Source: the human T2T-CHM13v2.0 reference genome, Homo sapiens. From it: a DNA stretch of 64,000 nucleotides. The notes under the pieces are model-generated. The model ran no database searches. It saw only the letters and a program-made list of their open reading frames with translations, and was not told the origin of the DNA. Each line of letters starts with the position of its first letter. Position 1 is the first letter of the stretch. A program made the translations under genes and the position numbers. Shown here one piece after another: positions 26,190-42,519 of this stretch. The DNA is taken from assembly GCF_009914755.1 (NCBI RefSeq), contig NC_060935.1. One strand, 5' to 3'.

Positions 26190-27024
26190 TAGAAGAGAAT
26201 TGCATGTGTTTAGAGGAGAAGGAGTGGTTAATCAAGGGGCATGGTATTGGTCTTGGAGAAGGTGGAAGGAAGAATGATGTGCCTTAGAAAGGAGATCTGA
26301 CCCTCTTTCTCTGAGACTGGCAGGAAGGAAGTGAAGGAAGTATAGTTAGCTAAATGTGTAGGTGTAGAAGCAGGAAATTGAAGTTCACACCTGATATTTT
26401 AAATTTCCTAAGAAGTAGGAAGCAAGTCAATTGCCAAAATTGGTAGTAGTGGTGGTGTGGTGGAGAAGGGACCAGAAGTAGGTTATGGGCGTTCAGGAGC
26501 TTGGAGAAGTTTCTTGAATCTATCTCCACTAAGCCATCTGCCTTCGGATGGACAACTATTAATACAATAGCTTCCCATCTGATTTACTTACCTCCATTAA
26601 GCCCTTTCAACATACTACAAACAGGCTGACCTTTTTTAAAAGGACGTATCAGATCATGCCACCCTCTGCGTGAAACTGTACACTTGCTCAAAATCCTTGA
26701 AATGACCCAAATATTTGGTTCACATTGTCTTCTTAGTCTTAGCCTCAACCTTCCATACACTCTAACAGGAACCCTTTTCATTTCCTTCCTCCTTTCCTCC
26801 TTGAGGCCTTCACAGATACTCTTCCTTGCACGAGGAGAGCACTTCCATTTCACTCCTACTCCTTTCACTTGGCTAATTTTAACCCTTTCTTTAGGTCTCG
26901 AATTAAATGTCACTTTCTCAGAGAGGCCTTCCCTGATTCTTTGGTCTAGGCTAGGTCTTCCTATTGTAAGCTCTTATGATACTTGGAGTTTTTTCCTTGG
27001 TAGCACTCTTCACAATTGTAATTA

Positions 27025-27790
27025 TAGTTGGCCCTTGAACAACATGGGATTGAACTTCATGGGTCCATGTTTACAGGAATTTCCTTCTGCCTCTGCCACC
27101 CCTGAGACAGCAAGACCAATCCCTCCTCTTCTTCCTGCTGCTTGGGCTATTCAACAGGAAGATGATGAGGATAAAGACCTTTATGATGATCCATTTCTGC
27201 TTAATAAATAGTAAATATATTTTCTCTTCTCTTCCCTGTGATTTTCCTTTTCTTTTTCTTTTTCTTTTTTTTTTGAGACAGAGTCTCACTCTGTCGCCCA
27301 GCCTGGAGTGAAGTGGTGTGATCTTGGCTCACTGCAACCTCTGCCTCTCCAGTTCAAGCGATCCTCCTGCCTCAGCCTCCTGAGTAGCTGGGACTACAGG
27401 CATGCATCACCATACCTGGCTAATTTTTTTGTATTTTTAGTAAAGACGGGGTTTCACCATGTTGGTCAGGATGGTCTCAAACTCCTGAGCTCAAATGATC
27501 TGCCCACCTCGGCCTCCGAAAATGCTGGGATTACAGGTGTGAGTCACTGCACCCAGCTCCCTGTGATTTTCTTAATAACATTTTCTTTTCTCTAGCTGAC
27601 TTTAGTGTAAGAACATAGTATATAATACGTATAACATACAAAATATGTGTTCATCAACTGTTTATGTTATCAATAAGATCAACAGTAGGCTATTAGTAGT
27701 TGTATTTTTGGGGAGTCAAAAGCTATACATGGATTTTCAACTGTGCAGGGGGTCAGCCCCTTAACCCCCATGTTGTTCAAGGGTCAATTG
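27025..27790. mobile_element. Tigger2a/MER28-like MITE interrupted by an Alu
   Basis: Inverted termini agttggcccttgaacaacatggg and cccatgttgttcaagggtcaatt. Confidence 0.8.
27245..27558 (-). mobile_element. AluS in the Tigger2a-like element
   Basis: Alu consensus; TSD tccctgtgattttc. Confidence 0.92.
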
Positions 27791-28036
27791 AATATGTTTG
27801 TATATAGTGAACAAGGGATCTGTCCTCCACTAGACCATAATTCCATGAAGGTAGGCACTGTGTCTGTTTGGTCTACTGCTACATGTTTAACATGTAGCAC
27901 ATTGCCTGGCATGTAACAGATGACAAATAGTTGTCAAATGAATAGGTTAATCAATTTTGTTAATTAACCCATATCTATTGTGAAGAGAGAATCAAGGTCA
28001 CAATACCTATGAGAGCCCAATCAAGAATGGAGACCG

Positions 28037-29012
28037 CTTTTCCCAGGCGGCTGCCGAAGATGGCGGAGGTGCAGGTCGAGGCCATCTCCTGGGCCTCCTG
28101 GTAGCCATCGTGGCTAAGCAGGTACTGCTGGGCCGGAAGGTGGTGGTTGTACACTGCGACGGCATCAACATTTCTGGCAATTTCTTTTCTTCTTTTTTGA
28201 GAGAGCTTCGCTCTTGTTGCCCAGGCTGGAGTGCAATGATGTGATCTTGGCTCAAAGCAACCTCCATCTCCCGGGTTCAAGTGATTCTCCTGCCTCAGCC
28301 TCCTGAGTAGCCGGGATTACAGGCGCCACCACCACGCCCAGCTAATTTTTTGTATTTTTAGTAGAGATGGGGTTTCATCACGTTGGCTAGGCTGGTCTTG
28401 AACTCCTGACCTCAGGTGATCCACCCGGCTCGGCCTCCTAAAGTGCTGGGATTACAGGCGTGAGCACCACACCCGGCCATTTCTGGCAATTTCCACAGAA
28501 ATAAGTTGAAGTACCTGGTTTTCCTCCACAAGTGGATGAACGCCAACCCTTCCCGAGGCCCCCTTACCACTTCCAGGCCCCCAGCAGCATTTTCTGGCCG
28601 ACCCTGCGAGGCATGCTGCCCCACAAGACCAAGCGAGGCCATGCCACCCTGGACTGCCTCAAGGTGTTTGACAGCATCACACCACCCTAAGAAAAGAAAA
28701 AGTGGATGGTGGTTCCTGCTGCCCTCAAGGTCGTGTGTCTGAAGCCTACAAAAAAGTTTGCCTATCTGGGGCACCTGGCTCATGAGGTTGGCTGGAAGTA
28801 CCAGGCAGTGACAGCTACCCTGGAGGAGAAGAGGAAGGAGAAAGCCAAGACCCACTACTGGAAGAAGAAACAGCTCACGAGGCTACGGAAACTGGCCGAG
28901 AAAAACGTGGAGAAGAAAATTGACAAATACACAGAGGTCCTCCAGACCCACGGACTCCTGGTCTGAGCCCAATAAAGACTGTTAATTCCAAAAAAAAAAA
29001 AAAAAAAAAAAA
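28037..29012 (+). pseudogene. RPL13A processed pseudogene interrupted by an Alu
   Basis: 5' TOP cttttccc, ATG 28060 (MAEVQV), intronless; C-terminal ORF 28706..28966 (VVPAALKVV...THGLLV*); AATAAA 28971; polyA 28990-29012; flanking ggagacc TSD; frameshifts. Confidence 0.96.
28185..28478 (-). mobile_element. AluS inserted in the RPL13A pseudogene
   Basis: Alu consensus; perfect TSD catttctggcaatttc at 28169-28184 and 28478-28493. Confidence 0.95.
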
Positions 29013-29849
29013 GGAGACCACAGCACTACTGCAGAGTCAGTCTGCAGGGTTATGTTCAACAGCTTCATTATGGGGGTGGAGAAAGCAGATAGTTGAACTG
29101 ATGCAAGGTGGGTGTGGAAGAAAGAGGATAATGTTGGTCTTCATGTGGCACTATAAGGTCTAGGCAGAATAGGGAAGGGAAATATCAAGAGGAGTGATGA
29201 ACTTGGTAGAAAATGGTAAGGCCAAAGACCTGGTGGAGTCCAGGATATGAAGGAGAATGTATGGTGGGAGTAAGAGTGAGAGAGCTAGGGAGCCAGGAGG
29301 TGATAGTCAGAGATTTAGTACTCCAGACCTTAAGATCTCAAAAGTGGAGCAGTGCCAGGTCTTTAAAAAGTCCAGGATATAATCATGGAAATGAATGAGT
29401 GGAATGGCTGTAAGGTGGTGGTTACTGTTGCCAAAAATAAGGAATACGGAGGCTAGGATGTTAAGTGGTTCCATACAGTGAAGTTACCTAGGTGATAGCG
29501 AGACTTAAAGTGAAGAAGACTTTGTGCCAGGTACCAAAATCTTTAAGGACTGAAGTGGTCAGAGGATGACTCCTATAAAGATAGCATATAAGATGGCATG
29601 AGCCCCAAACACAGGCCTTCCTCTCGTTCTTTCCATTCTTGGATCAGTCATTCAACAGTCAAAGTTCCAGGACAGAGGGTCTGATAGGCTGAGCTGGATG
29701 GTATAAGCCTCAAAGGACAAGTAAATTTTGCAAGTGGCAGAAGTAACGTGGTAGGTTAGTGTCAATGGGGAATGACAAGACTGCCAGTGAAGTCCCCAGT
29801 AGTATATGGAAGATGTGAGAAAAGGCAGTGTCTAATCAAGAAGCTGGAA

Positions 29850-30141
<292 letters not shown>

Positions 30142-31941
30142 GAAGCTGGAAGAAGATATAAGGGAGGTGTGGCATTGAGAAAGAGCCAGGTTTCCATTAA
30201 GCAGGAGGCAGAGAAAGTAAACTGCCAAGAAATTAAAGTTTGTAGGAGGGGTTTTTGCTTATTTGCCTATTTTCCAATGGATGAAGGATTATTCCAGCAG
30301 TAAAAGTAACAACATGTAATAGAGAGAGAACAGGCCCTGGTCAGAGGTCAGGATTCCATTCCTGGATCTATCACTTACTAGCCAAGCAACTTTAGCCAAT
30401 TACTTTGCCTTAGCTCAGTTTTCCCACTTGTGAAACAGTAACCTAATAATTTGGTTACTTTGAGGATCAAATGAGATAATGGGTGCAATTCGCATTATAA
30501 ACTGTAAAGTGTGGTCCCCACATATTGTTATCATTAATGTGCGGTGAGTTCATGCAAGCATTTGGACCAATGTTCTTATTCCTGACTTAGTTTGGAATAG
30601 TACTGGGAGGAACGCAGGCCAAATACTAACTCCATTTTAGAGGTGGGGCAAAGTACCATGCTAAATTGTGCTATGTGGTATAATGGTGGAATAGAGAATG
30701 CTGTGTGAGCACAGAAAAAGGAACAATTCAGAGCTTAAGTGAACTTTATAGTGGAAATGCCATGTGAACTGGCCATTGAAGATTAAGTCTGAGAAAGGGA
30801 AAGCTATTCCACTCTCCTTAGTTACTGGTAGATATCTAAGTAGAAGCCAGGGCCACAAACATGCAGTTAGGTACTGCTTCCCAGTGCTCTTGACCCCCGC
30901 CCCCAACACCTTCCAGAGCATATTCTCTTTGCTTTTGCTAAGGGCCTAGCTGCCATGGGAGCACCACCATTCTTGCTTAGTCTCTTTGCAATTTGCTGTC
31001 AACAACTTACTGTCAGTGTGCAAACGTACAGTTCACATCCTCCAGATATGCAGCATCACACTTCAGTTTCTGCCTCCAAGCCTCTTCCAAGTTCTCTGAT
31101 GATGCCTGCTGTTGGCTGACTGCCATGCCTTATCTGGGAATCAATGAGACCAGTAGGTCAACTGTGAGCAGCTCTCCCAGGAAACCAGCAGGGTTAATTT
31201 TAAAGGAATTGTGACTTGTCACACACACTGTGATTGTTCTACACCTGAATGAGGTTGCTGGAGGTCCCTCTGTCCTATCCCCTCCTCCCCTATTTCCTTC
31301 AGTGACTTTGGAGAAAAAACAGATCCTATTTGATTTCCTTCTTCCTCAATCTCTTAGGTTCCCAAAGTCTGACTGCTCCGTTCACACTTTTTCAAAGGGC
31401 ATTGGTGGGGACCCAGTAACCCACCTCATTCCTAAAAACTTGGTTACCCAGTGGTGGGCCATATTTCTATTTAATATCCTGTGATAATAATAACCATGGT
31501 ATATCCATTTTACAGATGAAGAAGCTAAACCTCAGAGAGGGTAAGAGGTGAGAGGCTCAGGGTGGGGAGAAACCAGAACATGAGACGGGAATACAGCCTA
31601 AGGCAAGGCAATAATGACTATCTGTCAATGTTTGGCTGCCCAGCATCCATTTCCCCGCTTCCTGATAGTACCCTGATTTCTGTACACATTATGTGCAGTC
31701 TTGGTGGGAGCAGACATGCAGAGAGGCCTGTCTCCCACTACAGTTAGGGAAGGGCTACAGAATTCTAACCTTTGAGATTTAAGGGAAATAGCAAAAGTTA
31801 CCTCCCTGCTGAGACTAGTATGCAGCCTAGCCCACACTCCATGTTTAGCAAAGGTCATTTCTGCTCAGCACTCTTTTCTTACAATCTGAGTGGTTTTAGG
31901 CAAGTCACTTAACATTCTTTGCCTCAGAAATGATGTGTGTA

Positions 31942-32197
31942 GGTCGGGTGTGGTGGCTCATGCCTGGGTGGATCACTTGAGGTGAGGAGTTTGAGATCAG
32001 CCTGACCAACATGGTGAAACCCTGTCTCTACTAAAATACAAAAATTAGCCAGGTGTGGTGGTGTGTGCCTGTAATCCTAGCTACTCGGGAGGCTAAGGCA
32101 GGAGAATCACTTGAACCAGGAAGGCAGAGGTTGCAGTGAGCCAAGATCTGGGCAGCCTGGGCGAGAGAGCGAGACTCCATCTCAGAAAAAAAAAAAA
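31942..32197 (+). mobile_element. AluS with internal deletions
   Basis: Alu consensus lacking the taatcccagcactttgggagg segment. Confidence 0.88.
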
Positions 32198-32425
32198 TGT
32201 TGTATGTAACATCACCATCATTCCTAACGTGTGTTAAGTGCTCAGTGGTTAGTTACTGCTCTGATCGTCATAATTATGCTTTTGTCCCCAGTGAATGGGT
32301 TGAATCAATTGTGGTATATATCATCAGCATGACAGAAACTATTTAAAGTAATGTGGAAGCAGATATTGACTTATTGAAACAGAAACTGATTTATATGGTT
32401 GAATAAAAAGGTCAAATTATGATCA

Positions 32426-32770
<345 letters not shown>

Positions 32771-34239
32771 TTAATCAGTATTTATCTCTGATGTTTTATT
32801 TTCGCCTTTCTTCATTTTCTATTTTCAGTGAACAGACATTAATTAATAGTTACTAATTTTTAAGTTTAAAAAGGCCATCACTTAGTGGAGAATCAAGGCT
32901 TGATTTCAGCCAGGGGCAAATTCAAGCAGATAGCACAAGGCAGCCAGGTTCCACAAAATAGGGATGAAGTCAGAATAGCAGTCACATCAGACATGTGGTT
33001 GGCATACTTCCGATTTAAAGGGCAGTCCTAGGCAGTGGCTAGATACACAATCCAACCCTCTAGGGGAGCTGGGGGCCAGAGCAACTCAGGTCCTTGTAAC
33101 TACTTTAATTCCTGAAAACCTTTCTTAATTACCCTCCCCATCTACCAGCCACTGTCTACTCCATTCACCTAATTTATTTCCTTCCCAGGACTTACTCTGA
33201 AAACACCTTATTTGGTTGTTGTCACAGGAATGTAAGCTCATGTGTGCAAAGATTTTGTCTATCTTATTCATCATATACATGCTGTGACATGAAGAGCGCC
33301 TGCACAAAATAGGAGCTCAATTAAAAAGAGAATTAATGCAAAATCAAAACCCACCAGGGAATAAAAATGAGGCAGAAATCCAGCTGTGCCTTTGGGATCT
33401 ACAAGTGTGAGGGGTCAGCAATTATGAGTTCACCTTGTGGGGTTGGATTCAAAGTAAGGAATATAAGCAAATAAATACAATTTCAATGGTCTTTTTTCTT
33501 TTCAAAAAGCAGTTATCACATTTTTTAAAAATGGTAATGACACTTCCAGAAGAATATGACACAGTCTCTATGTATGAACTTATTGGAAGTCTGGGCTAAA
33601 TGAGTAACTTCCTGAATGACATGAAAAGTGATGAGGCTCTGGCATTCTGGAAAAACTTGATACAAATTGTACACTAAAGTAATTCCATGGAATGATATTT
33701 AAAAGTTTAAATGGCTACTTAGTCTAAAAGATTTTGGCTTAAAGTTAAATGAATATTTCTTATACACATCAAAATCCCTGGCATAACTCAGTTTTTATGG
33801 GACACAAGGAAGCAGAGAATTCTGAGTTTTATGTCAAACTTTTTGTGAACGAGCAAGTAGGAAAAATGAAAGTGAGAGGGGACAGCTGAGACTTTCATTC
33901 ATCTTTTATATGCCACACACTAACAAGCCATGAATTTTCTCATTTAATAACCCTACAAGGCAGGCACTATTTATTTCCATTTTCCACAACAAAAAAATAA
34001 GGCTGAAATAGATTGACTTGCCCAAGATCACAGTTAATAAATTACAGAGGAAAATCTAAATTCCAGGTTTATTTGATTCTAGAGCCTGCATACTTTTTAT
34101 TTACCACACTTGCCTCTCCAGCATTCCTGGAAATCCCCTTGATGAAATATATTGCTCATCTTAAAAAGAAAAAAAAAGGCAATAATATGGCTTAAAAGGA
34201 AGCAGGAAGTAATAGGAAAAACTAAGTAATTCACAAACT

Positions 34240-34321
34240 ATTAGGTTGAATCACATAAAATTGCTGATACTTGACTTTTTTTAACCCATAAAAGAAGCAG
34301 TTTCATATACTTCAACCTCAT
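34240..34321. mobile_element. MADE2-like mariner MITE (about 80 bp, self-complementary)
   Basis: ttaggttgaatcacataaaattgct ... agcagtttcatatacttcaacct inverted termini. Confidence 0.7.
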
Positions 34322-34612
34322 GGTATGGTATTATTTCTGTGGATAAAGATCACCATGACAACCCTATTAATAACTACTCCATCACTCATCTGTACACACC
34401 TTTACTGATTAAATTTCATGTCATTTCAGTAATGGCTTAAGACAGGAAGTGTTTTACATATGAGGAAGAGCAGATTTGATAACCCTACCCATTTTTCAGA
34501 GTAGCATTTGCCCTTAGGAAAACATGTTTAAGTTTTTTTAAAAGCTCCTACCTGTCCCTTACTCCCTGCCCCTTCCATGTCCCACTTTCCACATCATGTT
34601 CTGTCAAAATAA

Positions 34613-34899
34613 CTTTTTTTTTTTTTTTCTAAAAAGAGACAGGGTCTCGCTCTGTTACCCAGGTTGGAGTGCAGTGGCACAATCATAGGTCAATGCAGCC
34701 TTGAACTCCTGGGCTCAAGCAATCCTCCCACTTTAGCCTCCCAAGTAGCTGGGTCACCATGCTGGGCTATTTTAGTTTTTGTAGAGACAGGGGTCTCACT
34801 ATGTTGCCCAGGCCAGTCTCAAACTCCTGGGCTCAAGCAATCCTCCCACCTTGGCTTCCTAAAGTTCTGGAATTACAGGTGTGAGCCACTGCACCCAGC
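34613..34899 (-). mobile_element. AluJ
   Basis: Alu consensus. Confidence 0.88.
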
Positions 34900-34997
34900 T
34901 TAAAATTACTCTTGAATTTTGCTTCTACAGTTGGCTTCTAACTGGTCTCCCACACTTCCAATCTATTCTCCAAAGGTTTTTTCCTAAATGCAAATCT

Positions 34998-35310
34998 GGG
35001 CTGGGCTCAGTGGCTCACACCTGTAATCCCAGCACTCTGGGAGTCTGCAGCAGGAGAATCAGTTGAGGTCAGATGTTTAAGACCAGCCTGGACAACACAG
35101 CAAGACCCTATCTCACAAAAAAGAAAGAATTTTAAAAATTAGCTCAGTGTGGTGGCATACACTTTAGTCCTAACTACTTGGGAGGCTGAGGTGGGAGGAT
35201 TGCTTGAGCCCAGGAGTTCAAGCTTACGGTGAACTATGGTTACGCCACTCACTGCACTCCAGCCTAGGTGACAGAGCAAGACCCTGTCTCTTAAAAAACA
35301 AACAAAAAGC
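34998..35310 (+). mobile_element. AluJ
   Basis: Alu consensus. Confidence 0.88.
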
Positions 35311-36955
35311 AAATTTGTCACTATCTGCTTACAATTTGCCATCTCCAGCCTAATCGTATTGCCTCCCAAAGATGCTATGTTGAATAGAACCCAATTCTCT
35401 GTGTCATGTACCTCTGTGACTTTCTCCCACCTGTTTTGTGGCTGGAATGGTTTTTTCACCCCTTTTCCCCCATCCCTTATTTGACATTAAGCAGCCAAAT
35501 TTATGCTTTTCAAGGCTTAATTCAAATGTCACCTCTTTATGAAACTATACCTGACTCTCCTCTGATAGCCACCAGTTTTCTGTGCTCTCACAGCAATTGA
35601 TACATTTTTCTATTTTAAGACTTTCAAGCAGTGCTCTGATTAGGTGTTTCTGTGCCCTTAAAATATTCACCAGACTTTATCTTACTCTTAGTAACACCAG
35701 GATGTTGCATAACACTAGATGTACAGCAGGTATTACCAGTCAGAACCCAAGGGTCCTTAGCACTGAGTCCCTGTGTTTTATCTTAGTTTGGGGAATGAGG
35801 GAAAAAGCATACAGGTTGAGTGCCAAAAACAAGGGTGCACTCTTCCAGGGCGTTTCCAGAGTTCTTTTACATTGAAGGCATAAGCTGGGGACTACCTGAA
35901 CTGGGATTTACATTTCCATTACCAAGGCTTATTTCATTAGGGTAAACGGTGTTTATGAGCACTATATATGGATTACATAAGAGCATTTGGGTTTTATGTT
36001 TTATACAAACATCTAGGATGGTAGTGGGGCACCTAGAAACCAAATTGTCCTTTGCTACAACCATGAAATACAAATTCAATTTGATAAACAAGAAACAATT
36101 TGCTAGCTGAAAATATATGTATGCAATATAAAACCACCAGGAGCACATATGGCCACAAAGACAAGCTGTTAGATCAAGAACATTCATCCCACCAAATATT
36201 AATATTTCCATAATGCTTCCTCAGTACTTTTAAAGTTTGGTAGCAGGCATTAAAGTGTTAAAAATCTTTATAGAGAATAAACATAAAATTGACAAAATGT
36301 GTTCTACCAACTTGGGAAAAAGATCATCACTATCTGATTTTAGCTGTGGGAACACATTTGTCCAGTTTGTGGAATACTAGTGTTCTAGCAGGGAAAGTTT
36401 GAAAAACATGCTCTTAGCCTAACAGAAAGCAGTCATACTTTTACTCAAAGCAAGGGATCACTTAAAAAAAAAAAAGTGTGACTTACTTTGTAGAAAGAGA
36501 AAATTTTGATTATAATTCATTAAATTCACTTTTTAAATGTTGTTGGGCTTTCAGAAATGGTTTGCATAGCTCAGTAGAAGTCAGTAATTTTCCCAGACTC
36601 CTTGAGCCAGATGGGCATTTTCCCTACACCCTGGCTGGTGAAGTCCTGTGTGGTAGGAATCTGTTCCCACCCTCTTATAAGGGAATACATTGTTAACTCA
36701 CAAGAGGATGCCCAGAAAAGGCTGAGGTTTCAGCCACTTTGAATCCCAAGAGATCAAGATCACAGATATAAAAATCACAAAAGCTGGAATCAGGGACTGT
36801 AGCCAATAAAATATCTTAGCTACACCCAGTAACAGGGTGGGTGGGGTAGACAACATTTATTTTCAAGATGTACTGGAGATAAGACTGATGTGATATTTCA
36901 ATTTCCTATTCACTTGGAGAGATAGGCCATGTATCTGCAACATATCCTGACTCAT

Positions 36956-37259
36956 CTTTTTTTTTTTTTGAGACAGAGTCTTGCCCCGTTGCCCAGGCTG
37001 GAGTGCAATGGCACAATCTGGGCTCACTGCAACCCCCGCCTCTCAGGTTCAAGCTATTCTGCTGCCTCAGCCTCCCGAGTAGTGGGATTACAGGTGCCCA
37101 CCACCATGCCCGGCTAATTTTTTTTTTTTTTGTATTTTTAGTAGAGACAGGGTTTCACCATGTTGGCCAGGCTGGTCATGAACTCCTGACCTCAGGTGAT
37201 CCACCTGCCTCGGCCTCCCAAAGTGCTGGGATTACAGGCGTGAGCCACTGCGCCCGGCC
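36956..37259 (-). mobile_element. AluS
   Basis: Alu consensus; TSD cctga(c/t)tcatctt. Confidence 0.93.
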
Positions 37260-38319
37260 CTGATTCATCTTATGCAGGAGACATTATCATAATGTAGGAG
37301 AGTGCTGTCTTTTTCTCACCTAACATTTTTTTCCTAGGCACATCCCCACAGTGCAATTTAGTCCACACCCTAGTTATCTTTATGACTATATGCATTATTC
37401 ATTTGGTCACTCAACAAATATTTATTAAGCATCTACTATCTACTGGGTACTCTGGTACAGACTATAGACACACCACCATTGCTTGTCAATACTCATTTTG
37501 GAGCATCTTGATCATTTTTCATTTTTATTATTAAAAATGTTATTAAATCTTTGGACTTTTTCTTTTTTTCAGTATGCCTCTCAAAAATAGTATTAGTAGG
37601 GAAGAGTCTGACCAGGTCCAAAAATTGTATAGAAACTGTTGTATGTGACTAAAATTAAGGCATAGGCTTTAATTTTAAAATTATATGTGAAGTTTATGGT
37701 TAGGCTACTGTAGGAGACCACGTTAAGGACGACGAGAGTCTAAACCAGGACAATGGCAGTGGAGTGGGGAAAGAAGATTAGAAAAATATTGAGGAAGGGA
37801 AAAAAATGAGTCTTGGTGTCTGATGAGATATAGGTGTGAGGGTAGAGTTAAAGATGACTACTGGGTTTCTAGCATAAATTACCAGAGAACACAGTAGAGG
37901 AGCAAGTTAGGGGAACAAGATAAATTCCATTTCATTTTGATGTGCCCATTGGTAACATCCAGGTAGAGATATCCCAGTTGATTTACAGAGCTTGTTGAAG
38001 AGGTAGCTATAAAAACACAAGGCTTTCCTGCTCCTTGTTTATGGATAAAATAAACAATAAAATAAAATAAGGATATTTTTAAAAACATAAAAAACAAAAA
38101 TAAAACATAAGGCTTTTTAGTATAGATTTTTAAGCCAGAAACCCAGAAAGTCAGCTAGCTGAATTGTTTCATTTTACAGATAAGAACATAGGCCCAGTGA
38201 CATCTGTCTGTTTTCACAAAGCTACTTAGTGAATTGAGAATAGATTTAGAAAAATTCATTCAGGACTCTTTCAGTCCAACATGCTGCATTTCATTTGTTT
38301 ATTTTGTTGGTTTTACAAT

Positions 38320-39074
<755 letters not shown>

Positions 39075-39509
39075 ATTATTCCACATACAATTATTCCAAA
39101 ATACATACAACGCAAAGTTTTCTCAGAATCCTATAATTATATACAGAGCCCAGATAAAAGACACAAATCCCACTTGCATTCTTTTGTCACTGCATGACTG
39201 ACTTCTCAGAGATTCTGCCATTGCTAGATGGAGAAAATAAAAGAGGAAGTGGTCAGATTATTAGAAGTGACTTTTGATCACAGTGAGCAACCCCTAAACA
39301 TCACACTGTTATTGTAACCTGGCTGCACATATCTCTGGGCTCAATTTTAAAGAACCAGTCATCTGATTGTCATTCTGAAAGCAAACAAAGCCAGTATGTT
39401 CACCATAGATGATCTATCACATGAGGAACATGGGTTATGACAATTACGTTTAGCTAACAATAGTTGATAGGCAAAAGTGCCAAGAGCTTATTAAAAAAAC
39501 TACACAACA

Positions 39510-40075
<566 letters not shown>

Positions 40076-40635
40076 TTAAATATTCATAATAAGTATCATT
40101 TCATGTTCATATCACCTCTGTGAAATACACCTTAAAAGCACCTTACAAATGAGGAAACTGAGGTACAATTTATTAGGCTGTGGTGGCAATGTGTGACTAG
40201 TTACAAGGGCTTTAGTGTCAGATACCTGGCTTTATATCTGAGTTTGTCTCTTACTATTAAACCTTGAATAAGTGACTTAACCTGTTGTAAGACTGTAATC
40301 GTCATCCTTAAATGATGGTATTAACAGTATTTGCCTTAGAGGATCATTGTGAACACTGTAAATGTCATGGAAAAAGCACTCACAGTTATACCCTGGCACA
40401 AGTAAGCACTGACTAAGTTAGCTATTTACCATTGCCTGAGACTACATAGCACATAACTAGCAGATAGGATTCCATACTTTCCTAATTCTAAACTGAACTT
40501 CTGCATCATACCTGGTTACTTCTGTAGGCTCCTGAGATCCTGGAGGTAGAGAATGGAGCTGGGGACAGTAACAGTGATGGTGTACTGAGAATCTGGGAGA
40601 GGAAAGTAAGGCAGGAGGCTGGTATCCCTAACCGT

Positions 40636-40716
40636 TTTGAGGACAGCATTCAGAACTATTAAAAGACAAGCTATAATTTAAACTCAATCTTGATTTAAGA
40701 GAAAGGCTATACATTA
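40636..40716 (+). repeat. Dispersed copy of COPB1 3' UTR segment 44900-44986
   Basis: tttgaggacagcattcagaact...aaactcaatcttgatttaag.gaaaggctata present in both places. Confidence 0.93.
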
Positions 40717-40905
40717 GCTGACTGGAACATTCATCAATCTGGAAGGAACAAGTCACAAATAAAACTACTTAGTTTACCCAATACATAGCACAAATATTTC
40801 ACCTCTGATATTATTTGAGTTTCTAAAGATATTTATGTTTTGGTTCTCTTACCTTTCTGATATCCCTAAAATGAGTTTTTGTCTCCCACATTATTTCCCA
40901 CTTAA

Positions 40906-42400
<1,495 letters not shown>

Positions 42401-42489
42401 TTTTTCTTCTTATAAAACAACTGAGTGCCAATCTCTTCTAATTGCAAAATGAAAAAAAAAAAAAAAAAAAAAAAAAAATCACTGCACAG

Positions 42490-42519
42490 AGCTCCCTCTA
42501 GTGTTGTGACATTACTGCA
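42490..42519 (-). promoter_or_regulatory. Candidate CTCF site
   Basis: Minus strand reads tgcagtaatgtcacaACACTAGAGGGAGCt, close to the CCACYAGRKGGCGC core; motif match only. Confidence 0.4.

Noticed and set aside
26684-27211. 175-aa hydrophobic ORF with acidic end
   Set aside because: It spans L2-like sequence and a Tigger2a-like MITE; QEDDEDKDLYDDP is transposon-derived.
33054-33072. Second CTCF-like word ccctctaggggagc
   Set aside because: One base short in the G-run, so a poor match to the core.
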